Origin: Podarcis bocagei
Taxonomy: Eukaryota
Reading direction: 5' to 3' (one strand)
DNA length: 64,000 nt
Assembly: GCA_964188305.1 (NCBI GenBank)
Contig: OZ076888.1
In this document: positions 10,077 through 32,199 of the stretch, one piece after another
Layout of the letters: every line of letters starts with the position of its first letter
Numbering within the stretch: the first letter of the stretch is position 1
The notes under the pieces: model-generated
Told to the model about the DNA's origin: nothing
Databases searched by the model: none
The model's input: only the letters and a program-made list of their open reading frames with translations
Program-made: the position numbers and the translations under genes

Positions 10077-13000
10077 GTGAGCTTCTCCTTCTGGGGGCAG
10101 CACTATGTGTGCTTCTTTCTCTAAGATATGGGCAGTTTGTATGAGGGAGATAAGCGGTCAAACAAATTGCACAGATAGGGGCTTATACCATAGAGTTGTG
10201 TTGCTTGTAGGCCTTAGAAATCAGTTGGTAGAGAGGGCTCTGTGTGATGTCATTTCCCCTGTTCTCCTGGAGAGGAAGGAGCATATAGTACTTCCTGTTT
10301 CCCTCTTCCTTCAACCAGCCATGGGGGCAGATGTGCCCTTTGCTTGCTCCAGCTCAGACAGATGTCTGAAGCTGGTTACACTGTAAATATGCCTATTTCC
10401 CCTGCATAGATATTTTATATTGTTGCCACTGCTATGAACCAATGCAAGATGATCAGTAAGTCAGTTATACAGTATTTTTAAACTTACCTCCCAAGTTGTA
10501 GCCTGATTCATTGTTAAGTGGAGCAAGGAAGGGAGAGCCGGCTTCCTTCAAAGCTGGACTTGCTCAAAGCAAAGTTTCATAGCTTAAGTCCTATGCTCTA
10601 TAAATTTTGCTGCCAAGGATGGGATTTTGAAACTCTGTTCAACCCACACACGTGGGTGCCTGGAGGGATAAATTGCAATTAATATATCCTCTCCTACCCA
10701 TTAAAACCCATCCCACAAACAGCTCCAGTGTGCTATGAGAATATTTGTAGGTAGGATGGGAGCTCTTGGATCTATGTTCAGAAATTAAGTACTGAGCCTG
10801 ATAATCAAACACCTCTTTCCAGGTGGCAAAACCAGGCTGAATCCTGCACATAACAGCAACTGTAGCCTCATTCTTTTCCCTACACTTGTTTCTCTCCCTG
10901 CCCTTGTCCCCAACAACTTGATGGGTCCTTTCCTGTCAGGGCCATATGCTGGGAAACTACTTTTTTCTTTTAAATACCCTGTAAATCTTTAGGCAAATTT
11001 TGCTGCGTGAATTGCTAAGCTGAAAAGTTTCCAGGTAGCACCCTGTGATTCTCCCACTCCAAGTACTTGACATTTCTTCATTTTTGCAGTCCCAGATGGG
11101 AGTGATAATGAGGTTTACTGCACCCACAGTGACAATATTGGTTTGAGGAGACAAGAAGTTATATGGACCTGCTCTAACAAGAAAGTGTTTCAAAATTAAA
11201 CCAGTTCAGGATATTGGGTTGAAATTCTGTGATTGAGCAACTTGAGAAGCCTGAGGGAACCCTGATCCTTTATCGTCTGTTCCGTTTCTGTGTTGTTGAT
11301 CCGAAGGATTGGTTGTATTTTCTTTGCTTTTAGAAATTGGTAGTTGTACAGTGATTTATGCCACTTTTTTTTACACTGTATACTGCTCTGAATACATTGG
11401 TAGAAGAATCAGACAGAAAAAATATAGGTAACGGCAAAGTTTTGGGAGCCTTAATGTTTGTGGGGCAGAATTATGACTGAGACCTAGTCTACACATGCAG
11501 CAGAATGAGGTGGTTAAGTCCTGTAGTGGTATAAAGGATCCTAATTTATTTAAGTTTTCTCTTTTTGTGTTGCCTTTTGTAAAAAGTTCACTGTACCTAG
11601 AAACTGCAGCAGATCCATGCCTCACATTTAAAACACACCCAACAAAAACCTCCAAGGAAGGCGAGTCCACAGCCTCCCGAGGAAGTCCGTTCCATTGTTG
11701 AACAGCTTGCGCTGTCAGAAAATTCTTCCTGATGTTTAGTCAGAATCTTCTTTCTTGTAACTTGAATCTATTGGTTTGGGTCCTGCCCTCCAGAGCAAGA
11801 GGAAACAAGCTTGCTCCATCCTCCATGTGACAGCTCTTTAGATATTTGGAGATAGCTATCATACCTCTTGTCAGTCTCCTGTTTTCCAAGAATACAGTTG
11901 GGTGTGGCTTAAACACATGGTGTGGACTTGCAGGTGGGTTGGACTGAAGTGTTTTTATTTCTGTTATAGGTTGCTATTTTAACTTGCAGAGGGTTTTTTT
12001 TTGGGGGGGTGTACACTCTGAATGTAACATGCATCCCCTGCGGTCTACTCCTATTACTTTGGGCTTCTACCTTCTCATCCTGCCACACATAGACTAGGCC
12101 ATACACGTATTAAATATTTAACTTCTTTGTAGTCTTGCTCTTTAAGTACCATTAACGGCCTGAAAATTCTATACATCATTTTGCAGGATTTGCCAAGAAA
12201 ACTTTCATCTCCTTCTCCAAGACCTTCGGAGGCAGTTTCCGGCAGGGTCTGGTAGTTGGAATTGACTTGGAGAAACGGCATGTCCTGTTGAATGATGGTG
12301 AAGTGAGTGCATTGAGGCTAAAATCTGTGGTAGCCTGTAGACATGAATTGCAAGAAGGTCCGACTGACCCTCTTTTAACATCTCTTTTTAGCACCTCTGC
12401 TATTCCCACCTGATCCTTGCCACAGGGAGTGATGGGCCTTTCCCAGGAAAATTTGACAAACCCATGGACATGCAGTCTGCTATTCAGACCTATGAGGACA
12501 TGGTTCAAGAGGTGATGTTGCAAATTCCTTTTGGTGGGAAATTGGTCTTTTCACCTTGTGTATGGCTATGTCTAGGGTCTGTACATGGACCTACCTTGGC
12601 TCACTAAAGTGCCACTTAAGGCTGACTTCTGGCAAGATGGCAGTTGGGCAAGTCCAAATACTCCCTTTCAATCAGAAACTCAGACATATAAGCTAGGCAC
12701 CAAATGGCTCCTTAAATCAGGGTTACAGTTGCCAAATCGGAATGCCTAGTTTCCATTTGGTGGCCAGAAGGCTCAAAAGTTGTATTTTTCAAGACAACTT
12801 TGGGGTTCCTGAAATTTGCTCTGATGCTGCAGATAAAATATTGCAGATAGAATTCCACAGGATGCGTTGTTAGCATGTGAAAACAGGCATGCCCCAAGGA
12901 TCTACAGGCATGCACCTCCAGATGGTGGAGATGTCGAGCGCCATCCTGTTTAAAATTATGAAGAGATGTTAACATAATATCTAAACTCTTTCGTTTCTCC

Positions 13001-16000
13001 TGGTTTTGAAAGGTTGAAAAATCTCCCCGCATAGTAATTGTGGGGGGTGGTTCTGCTGGTGTTGAAATGGCTGCGGAGGTTAAGACGAAGTATCCCAACA
13101 AAGAGGTAGGAGCCACAAGTGACGCTACCGCTCACCATTTTATTCCTCTGGTAATTGAAATTTCCCCAGAATAGACAAGGGTTGCCGTAAGTGTGGACTC
13201 TTAAATGTTTGTGTGTGTGATTCTAAATATATCTATAGGTTTTTTTTTTACATTCCTTTACCCCTGCCCCCAACAGATAACTGCAATTCTGTGCATGGTT
13301 ACTTGGGAACAAGTTCCACTGTGTTCATTGGGACTTGCTTCCAGCTAAGTATGCATAGGATTACAGCTGAAATTATTTTATTTTTAAAAGTGAATGGGTG
13401 CTTGGTGTTTTTTCCTCCTCTATTGCTTTCTCTTTAAATGTATGCTCAACGCTACAGGTTTGGCTAATTCCTTTTTTTTGGGGGGGGGGTCTTTTTTAAG
13501 TAGAGAAATTGCAATTTGGATGAGTTTTTGCCCAGTTCTGCTGTTATGTTGAATTGTAATCCAGGGACTCAATTTTCTTTGGCTGTGTAGTGGATTCTAG
13601 CTTGCTATGTCTTCTGTAAGCCAAAGCTTTACTTTTGCGGGGGGCAGGGCAGGGAGTGATCTAGATCTAGTTGCCATCATAGTAGACAAAAATTTGAAAA
13701 GCTGCATGATTTTATGGGCTCTCAATGGCCACATTTAGGTGTCATGATATACTAGGTAAACTACAGTGGTACCTCAGGTTAAGTATTTAATTCGTTCCAG
13801 AGGTCTGTTCTTAACCTGAAGCACCACTTTAGCTAATGGGGCCTCCTACTGCTGTCGCCGCACGATTTCGGTTCTTATCCTGAAGCAAAGTTCTTAACTT
13901 GAAGCACTATTTCTGGGTTAGTGGAGTCTGTAACCTGAAGTGTATGTAACCTGAGGTAGCACTGTATTTACCATGCATGAAGCCAGTTGCACCCACTTAA
14001 CCATATTCCCTGGCTTAGTGTAGTATCTGAACCAGGAATTGTGGTTTCTTTCACACCAAGCAAACCATGATAAGCTAAGGTCTACTGATTGTGGTTTGAG
14101 AGAAACAAACCATGATCCCCTATTCGGATGGAACACTAATCCACCATGTTTTATTTTCTCCCTAACAAGGAATGAAGGGGCTCATGCATGGGAACACGAT
14201 TTACCACAACGTGACAATGCTGCCTTTGTAGTAATCAAAAACCTGGTTAAAATGATACCGCGGACAGGTAATGGGTCTTTGCTGTTAACATTCACGAATT
14301 CAACAATGTGGTTTTGTCCCCAGGTCACCCTTATTCACTCAAAAGTTGCACTGGCAGATGCAGAAGTGCTCCCCAGAGTTCGGCAGGAGGTGAAGGAGTC
14401 CCTTTTAAAAGAGGGGGTACATCTCTTATTGAGTAGGTACATAGCTCATTTATTGCATGTAATTGTCTCCTAGGAAAGCTGAAAATGATCTTTCCTCTTA
14501 ATCGTTTCCAGACCAATTAAGGGTTGCTTCAGAAGAGTTTCTTTTTGTACTTTGGTATACATACACTGTGCATCTCAATGAAACTATGCTCATGTAATTT
14601 ATTTAGCTACTTTTAAAATAATACACAGGAACAATTGGCAAAGAAGATTGAGCCCCTGCTCGTATTTTAGTAGCATAAATGGTTAACATGCATGTACATG
14701 TCAAATTAGGACATACAGTGTTTGTATTTTGTACGTTGCTCAAAAAAGTTAGTTGGAGTGGTTCATGGGGATTACATACTATGGCAACTTTCATGTAAGT
14801 TGGAATACTGTACTTCCATTGGACTTGACAAGCATAAGATTATACTATACTTCGTTCCTCTTTTACTTCAGGTTACTTGGTGAGGATATTGTGTATTTAT
14901 TTTAACTGAAATGTGTTTTTGCTCAGGAGCTGTATACGATGTGAAGTCCTCCCTGGGACCAAGTTCCAACCCAATTTTTATAATTAGATGTTGCTCATAT
15001 AATAGAGTTCAAAGATTTTCTTAATAACCAGGAGGGTTAGTAACACATTTTTTAAAAACAAAACCGTATTGGAAGTTTTGAACTGGGCACTTGGTTACTT
15101 TTAAGTTATGGTAAATATAAAACAGGGTTCGGGACTGAATGTAGGTTCTCCAGATCTTTTATCTGACCTGTGAGATTCTGCAGGCCATGCCATGTGTCCA
15201 GTTTAACATATTCCAGCCTTCCTGAGCACCCTGTCTGAAAAAGTTCCCCCACCCTTGTTCTAAAATTTAAAGTCAACCAAGATCCTTTCAAGGAATAAAT
15301 ACCTTAAAGCACAAGAGGATGGGAGCATGATTGTTGCAGTGGTTCAGTGACGTATGATGTCCTTGTTTTTGTTTTTTGGCTGCTTACAACAGGTCAGAAA
15401 GTTGAAAACCTGCAATCGCTGACTTTAAACCAATTCAAAGAGAACATGATAGTGAAGACAGACAAAGGCACAGAGATTGTTACCGACATGGTGATTCTCT
15501 GCACTGGGATAAAAGTCAATTCCGCAGCATACAGCAGTGCATTCAGTAAGTTATTTCCCACCCTGACTTCATGTTTAAGGAAACATAGTTCTTCCAGTCC
15601 TCATGTCTCAATTATAAATTGGAATTGTAACTTTGTACTTAGTTTCAGAAGGCGCCAGGCTAGCGGTATTCATTTGTTGGCTACTGTTGATGCCTTTTAT
15701 TCATATAGCTGGCCCTACCACGTAGTATCTGCCTCCACTGCTAGTTTTGGGAAGATAATTAAGGCACACATCCTATGCACACATAGCTGGGAGTAAGTCC
15801 CACTGAAGTCTTGCTTCTGAGTAGACATGCATAGGGTTGAACTGAGGGATAACATTCTGCATGTATTTTAATCATTTTTAGACCTGGGACTTTGGAAGAA
15901 AATATACTAAAATTGGCACTTCTGATATATCTATATTATAAAGATAATGTTGTTTTGTGGCTTTTGGAGAGTTCATGGTTCTCATAAGACCAAGAAAGAC

Positions 16001-16997
16001 AGGTTAAACTGAATTACATAGTTCATGGAACTACATACTGATTTAATTCCATCATCCATCATTAGGCGACAAGCTGGCAAGTAATGGTGCTTTGCAAGTG
16101 AATGAGTACCTTCAGGTTAAAGGATATGATAACATTTATGCTGTTGGCGATTGTGCTGATGTGAACGAGCCAAAAATGGCATACCATGCTGGGCTCCATG
16201 CAGATGTTGCAGTGACAAACATTGTCAACAGCCTGACACAGACGCCTCTGAAAACCTATACACCAGGTAAGTTTTGTTTTGTGCCTTCATGTCTCTCTTA
16301 CACGTCTTTGACAAATGTGCATTACAAGGGGTATGACAGGAGCTTCCATAATTTGCACCAGAGTTTGAAGCTGCTATTTTAGGGGACTTCCTACAATCTC
16401 TTGTACAGTGGTGCCCCGCAAGACGAATGCCTCGCAAGACGAAAGGGTTTTTCGTTTTTGCGTTGCTTCGCTAGACAAATTTCCCTATGGGCTTGCTTCG
16501 CAAGACAAAAACGTCTTGCGCTTTTTAAAAAAAGCCGCCTGAAGAGGCGCAGTTGCGACGGACCGTGCTTCGCAAGACGAAAAACATCGCAAGACGAAAA
16601 GACTCGCGGAACGAATTCTTTTCATCTTGCAAGGCACCACTGTACTGCTGGTTCGTTCCATACTTTATTGAGCATTTTACTTGGGATTGTTCGGGTGGAG
16701 AAATAATAGTTGCTAATTAAATGTGTGAACAAGGCCTCGATAGCTCTTATGAGTGGGGGAATATGGACTTTGCATGAAATGTGGTTTAATAAATGACTTA
16801 AAGTAAATAATACAGCTTTATAAATCTTTGTGTCCCCTTCAGGATCACTCACATTCTTGATCTCACTAGGAAGATGTGATGGAGTGGGCCAAATCAGTGA
16901 CTACTACGTGGGACATCTCTTAGTGACAGTAGTTAAAAGCAGGGATCTTTTCGTCTCACAAAGCTGGAGAAAGATGGGTCAGTGTATGCCATGCTAG
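9902..16997 (+). CDS. AIFM2: Ferroptosis suppressor protein 1 (FSP1/AIFM2), complete spliced CDS join(9902..10076,12187..12302,12392..12511,13013..13105,14324..14432,15393..15545,16066..16266,16843..16997), 373 aa
   Basis: All introns GT-AG with consistent phases; 1122 nt including TAG. N-terminal myristoylation motif MGGQIS, FAD-binding [12 protein letters not shown](P)H-binding [21 protein letters not shown] and [11 protein letters not shown] motifs typical of AIFM2. Confidence 0.97.
11645..11890 (-). mobile_element. CR1 LINE fragment (3' end of ORF2)
   Basis: CTCCAAGGAAGGCGAGTCCACAGCCTCC...TTCCATTGTTGAACAGCT...AAATTCTTCCTGATGTTTAG typical of CR1 3' ORF2; translation includes DSPSLEVF. Confidence 0.82.
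12187..12302 (+). CDS. AIFM2: AIFM2 coding exon 2
   Basis: ttgcag|[40 protein letters not shown]|gtgagt, 116 nt. Confidence 0.96.
12392..12511 (+). CDS. AIFM2: AIFM2 coding exon 3
   Basis: ttttag|[40 protein letters not shown]|gtgatg, 120 nt. Confidence 0.96.
13013..13105 (+). CDS. AIFM2: AIFM2 coding exon 4
   Basis: gaaag|[31 protein letters not shown]|gtagga, 93 nt. Confidence 0.96.
13764..13964 (-). mobile_element. MITE family A, copy 3 (AIFM2 intron)
   Basis: Reverse orientation, TA flanks. Confidence 0.88.
14324..14432 (+). CDS. AIFM2: AIFM2 coding exon 5
   Basis: ccccag|[36 protein letters not shown]+A|gtaggt, 109 nt. Confidence 0.95.
15393..15545 (+). CDS. AIFM2: AIFM2 coding exon 6
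   Basis: caacag|[50 protein letters not shown]|gtaagt, 153 nt. Confidence 0.96.
16066..16266 (+). CDS. AIFM2: AIFM2 coding exon 7
   Basis: attag|[45 protein letters not shown]...KTYTP|gtaagt, 201 nt. Confidence 0.96.
16406..16642. mobile_element. Tc1/mariner-type MITE family B (AIFM2 last intron)
   Basis: TIR CAGTGGTGCC(C/T)..GCAAGA, TA flanks, internal repeated GCAAGACGA motifs in both orientations. Confidence 0.85.
16843..16997 (+). CDS. AIFM2: AIFM2 last coding exon
   Basis: cttcag|[53 protein letters not shown]. Confidence 0.96.
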
Positions 16998-17980
16998 ATA
17001 GAAAGAGGCTTGCAAGAAAAGATGCAGGTGTAACAGGACCAGTGCCAAAAAAGAATATACCTTTCAATTAAAGAAGGGTTGGGTAGTTATTACTAATTTT
17101 AAAAAGCTTAACTTTTGTCATATATGGTTTGTATAGCTTATCCAAGGCTATATTTTACATTGGACCTTGGGATCATTTTTACTATCCGGCTCATAAGCTA
17201 TAATGGATTCTGAAAGTTCTTGAATTAAAAGAAATAGCAACCTACAATCTGTTTTGTGCTGTATTCACTGAACTATGTGTGTCTTGTCTGCTTGAGTTTA
17301 TCTTTTTTTGGTATATTAAGCTTAAACCTACCTCTTTTAAGCAAACGATTTCCCCTACAATATATTTATATTGACTTCTAGCTGATCCAAGCCCAAAAGG
17401 TTTAGGGCAGCTGGTCCATGCAGCTCCCAAAACTGTGTAAGCTATGATGTGGCATAGCTCAAGCTTTAGAACTTATCAGTTCCTAGGATCTCAACACTGC
17501 AGTTGTTACTTTCATATTTTTTGTGTTGAAAATTGTTTGTTTCTTAAACAATACAGTATGATGACCCCAAAAAGTGAAGTTTTTTGTTTTTAAAAATGTA
17601 TCTACAAGTTGAGTGTTTTCCTTCTACCCATGGGTCAAGAATGGAACATTAAAACCTTTACGAACAAACCTGGGTGTGTGCAGAATCGTTTTGATTAAAA
17701 AATCTAAAATGACAGCAACATACCTATTTTTCCTTGCCACCAACACATGGTCTATTTCAAAGTAGATAAAAGGTAAATGTAAAATAACTTTCCATTATGC
17801 ACTACTTTTTCCTGTATTCAAAACTTTCACCCATCATAATACAGCTCTTTGTTGTTGATGATGATATTTCAAGAACAAACAAAGGTGCCTCATCATATTA
17901 CTCCCTTTGTTCATGGATGAGAGCAGAATTTAGTGAAGCTGCTTTTTGTCTTCTTGAGAAGGAATGAACATTGACTTCAA

Positions 17981-17986
17981 AATAAA
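17981..17986 (+). terminator. Candidate AIFM2 polyadenylation signal AATAAA
   Basis: First canonical AATAAA I saw after the AIFM2 stop (about 1 kb); earlier ATTAAA variants also exist. Confidence 0.45.
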
Positions 17987-18079
17987 CTGTATAACACACT
18001 GGGCACTATTCAACTAAAGTTGAGCACTTTATGTACTCCCCTAAAGCTTAACAGCTGAAATCTACGAGACTTACACGAA

Positions 18080-18271
18080 CAGTAGTACCTCATGTTATGT
18101 ATGGGATCTGTTCCGGAGGCCCGTCCGTAACGTGAAATGCCCGCAACTCAAAGCACTGCATCTGTGCATGTGGTGAAACCTGGAAGTAACCCATTTTGGA
18201 ACTTCCGGGTTGCCGCGGGACATAACACAAAAAGATGCAACTTGAAGCGGACGCAATATGTGGTATGACTG
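18080..18271. mobile_element. MITE family C-like copy between the AIFM2 and MACROH2A2 3' ends
   Basis: Ends CAGTAGTACCTC / GGTATGACTG-TA; internal GGAAGTAAC...ACTTCCGG. Confidence 0.72.
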
Positions 18272-19111
18272 TACCTGATTTTTTTTTTTGGGGGGGGGAG
18301 GAAATTCAACTACAATTTGTGACTGCATGGTTGCTTTTTTTAGTACATTTGTATCCCCGCTCCATTTGTCAGATTCTGTGGTGTTTTTTAGTAGTGCAAA
18401 ACTACAATATAGTCCATTCCACACATCTTTCCCAGTGGCAATGCTGAATGACAGACTAGGATGGAACTGGTCTCATTGTTCCAAGAGATTTCTCTGTCAT
18501 AAAACTGAATATGCTTTCCCTTGAGAATAAGTCTTAAGTGAAAAGGTTTTGAGTTTCAAGTTTTTAAAAAGCATGATGCCACATTTTTTTATATAAAAAC
18601 AAATAAGATGAAATTTTCTCAGCAATTACAGTTCATTCTGGGGTAAAACAGTAAAGCACCAAGTGAAGTTTTCTTTGAAATTACTTTCTCCAACATGGAA
18701 TGTAGACATAACAAGGTTTTCTAACTACCAGTGGGGAAAGAAAGAGCAAACAATTCATTTTCCCACCCACTCTGTGTTGAATTGTCTTGCTACTCTAAAA
18801 TGAGATTAATCTTTAAAAGGTCTAAACTAAAATAACTCGAAACATTAAAAGGTAAAGAGAGCTGGCAATGTAATTTCTTAGGGATGATACAAAATGGTAG
18901 AGGGTGCCTAAAGCATAGTATAATTTCCGATCCAATTCTCCCAAACAAATTCCCCTTCTCCCCCCCAATTAACAAAAACCCTCCACCCATCACAAAACTT
19001 CAAAGCTACTCACATACTCCGTCCTCACAATATTTTAAAAATAAAACCCACTTCTAATTCATTCCTACTCATATTCATGTTGAAAAATAAATTTTCATTT
19101 GGCTTCTGTTG

Positions 19112-29089
<9,978 letters not shown>

Positions 29090-31544
29090 GTTGTCGCTCT
29101 GTGTTGTTCAGTCTTCTGGCAGATTATTCTTATTTGCTTGTCCTAATATAAAACATACAAAGGGTGAAACAAGGATTGATATTGGGTGTGATATAATAGG
29201 AGCTGGATTTTTTAAAAAATGTTGGGGAGCAAGATTTAAGGCTGTGTACACACTATACCTGTTCAGAACACATTCCCCTCCAAAGAATTCTGGGCCTTGT
29301 AGTTTGCCCCCAACAGAATTAGAATTCCCAGCAACCCTTAACAAACTGCAAAACATAAATGATCTATAGTAATGTAATTGGTATGGAAACAATACTTTCA
29401 GTATTGTACCAAGTAGTCCACAACGTGAACAACTAACATGGCACAGCTGCCAACACCCATGATACATCTGAAACAAAGTTTTCATAGCCAGCTTCTTCGT
29501 TTGATGTTCATGTGGGTGTCAGTGCTTAGGCAGCAAGACCTTTATCACACACACATATGATGTTATGGACAGGTGTGAAGGAATCCCATGTTGCAGAAGT
29601 ACAGTACAAACATAAATTGAGAGAGAAAAAACCCTGTGTGAGACACACCTCAAAAACAGGGTGAAGACTGTGACCACAAAACACTGATTTGCCCGAGGGA
29701 TCTGGAGAACTATGTGGGGAAATGGAACAGAGTATCCTGGAGGAAGGATACTGACTGGAACAGTGAGCAAGAGCACTCCGCGCTGCAACAATGGATATAT
29801 GTCCCATTTGTCTGATTCAATTTCTCCTATTACAACCAAACCTGTTCATGTAATAGCCTCTCATATTATCCTAGGCTGTTCCAATGCAAACTAAAAATAG
29901 GCTTCTATACTTTTAAAAATTGTGTAAAGTGAAAATAGCTTTATCATGAAGGAGTGAGCATAACTGTACCTGTTGAAATTGTCTTTGCTACACAACTATG
30001 AAAAATATGGAAGCTGTATCCTCCATTGCATCGGAATACACTACATTTTGATTCCATATGGCCACAAAGGCATGTATATCTTATATGTAATAAGTAATAT
30101 ATAAGTTATTTCCATTTTTTATTTGACCTGATCTGTGGCTTTTAACCTGGAAGCCTCACACACAGATGAAACTTGTCCTAGCATAGAGATAAATGGATCT
30201 CAGGGTTGTGATCTAACTATGGAGATGTACCTGACTTACACACATCTGGTAAAATAGCCTGTATTTGCTCAGAAACTAGGCCACACCCCCACACCTGATT
30301 CTGTACATAATGCCCATTGTGTGCTTGGCACTTTACAAAGTGAAAGAGGCACACAGGAGACAACAAAGGAAGGGGAGGAAAATGGAGCAGTGATAAAAAG
30401 GGCAAGTAACTGCAATTATTTCAATTACGTGTACTTAGGCTTAGTTAAATGCATCATTATACTGTTATTTGTTTGTGCTGTGTAGCTTTTGTGTGCCTAT
30501 GTGAAGGGAAATAGGATGGCAACTTTTTCCCCTGGCAAAGGCTCTCTGCCTTCAACAAAGGCAACCCATTTATGCGGGGGTTACATCCCAGGTCATTGTG
30601 TGCAGGCAGTGGACTGCATGTAAGCTCTCTTCTGGTACCAAACCTGTCAAGTGTGTGCAGGGTCATATGTGCATCAAATGTGCACAAAATAGGATTTGCC
30701 CGTACCAAATTATATGCTGAAATTCAAACAGCTGCAGCATTCTCAGAATGAGGATAAAACAAAGCAAACTGCACCTGTTTAATGCAATTCCTGTCAGACT
30801 TGTAGTTCTTTAAGATACAGAAACATAGGAAAAGTGAAAACCCCAGAAGGTAGAAGTGTTGTCTGTGGATAGATTCCTGATGTTAGCATAAACAATATTT
30901 TGCATTTGTGTAGAAAGCTGCATGTCTACTTGTATTTCTGAGATAGGGCGACCTAATTCATGTGTTATCTAGGTGATGTGAGCCCTGTTCAGAAATGCTC
31001 TCCATGCATTCAGGGAATCAGGGGAGAGGAGGGCGTGGAGCCTACTGGTCCCACCTCCAGTTTGCCTACTGACTTCTCATCCATTGTCTTCATACATTCA
31101 GTGTAAGGTTTGGAAGCTTAGGGCTCCCAAATATATAGCAAACCAAACCTTCAACCGAAGGTGTACAGGTTGTGGGCAAGGCCAGCAGACATGCCAATAC
31201 TGCTTATCCTTCTCACTTGTTTCCTAAGCACATAAAGGGCACTTCTGATTTTTCTTTTCTTAAAAAAAAAATGCATTTAAGACCATTTTTATACTGCTCA
31301 ATATACAAAATATTTCTAAGCAGTGCACTGGAAAAACACACAAATATTACCTAAATATGTAAAACTACAAATACAAATTACAAAAACAAGAATGAAAAGT
31401 TAAGAAATAGAGCATTATAAGTGGCTGCAGCACTTCTGCTCGCAGGGGGAGATATCCATGATTTAATGTTCCCCATACAGAAAAGTATATACACTAGACT
31501 AGATGATAGGGAGAAGGGAATCATCAGACTACCAATTCAGTGGG

Positions 31545-31899
31545 TAAGGTAAAGGTAAAGGGACCCCTGACCATTAGGTCCAGTCATGGCCGACTCTGGG
31601 GTTGCGGCACTCATCTCACTTTACAGGCCGAGGGAGCCGGCGTACAACTTCTGGGTCATGTGGCCAGCATGACTAAGCCGCTTCTGGCGAACCAGAGCAG
31701 TACACGGAAACGCCATTTACCTTCCCGTTGGAGTGGTACCTATTTATCTACTTGCACTTTGACGTGCTTTCGAACTGCTAGGTTGGCAGGAGCAGGGACC
31801 GAGCAACAGGAGCTCACCTTGTTGCGGGGATTGGAACCGCCGACCTTCCGATCGGCAAGCCCTAGGCTCTGTGGTTTAACCCACAGCGCCACCTGTGTC
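31545..31899 (-). mobile_element. Sauria SINE, full length with 13-bp TSD
   Basis: tRNA-like head and ACCTTT tail; direct repeat CCAATTCAGTGGG at 31532-31544 and 31900-31912. Confidence 0.92.
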
Positions 31900-32199
31900 C
31901 CAATTCAGTGGGAACTGGGCCTAAATGATAGGGAGATCACATTGCTCAAATTATGTGGCAACTTCATTATTTCCATTGAATCTTCTGGCATGATGCAGAA
32001 TATATTTATCTAAAACATTTACATTCCTGTCAACAAGCGGGGTTTCAAAGTGGCTGATATAACCATGATATGTGTTCTTTTTTTATTATGGCAGTAGTGA
32101 TCGATTGAGGGGCTGCGTGGGAGAGTAAGAGAAAATGTAGAAAGAGGTAGACAACCATTTGAAAAAACAAAACAAGAAACCTCAAGACCTCGCAATTCA

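Noticed and set aside
12712-13138. Minus-strand ORFs over AIFM2 exons (also 9824-10161, 12075-12523)
   Set aside because: Antisense shadows of coding exons
16406-16642. Regularly recurring GCAAGACGA motifs resembling an array
   Set aside because: Internal motifs of a TA-flanked MITE; not CRISPR-like and the context is eukaryotic
31820-31899. tRNA-like A and B boxes
   Set aside because: Head of a SINE, not a tRNA gene
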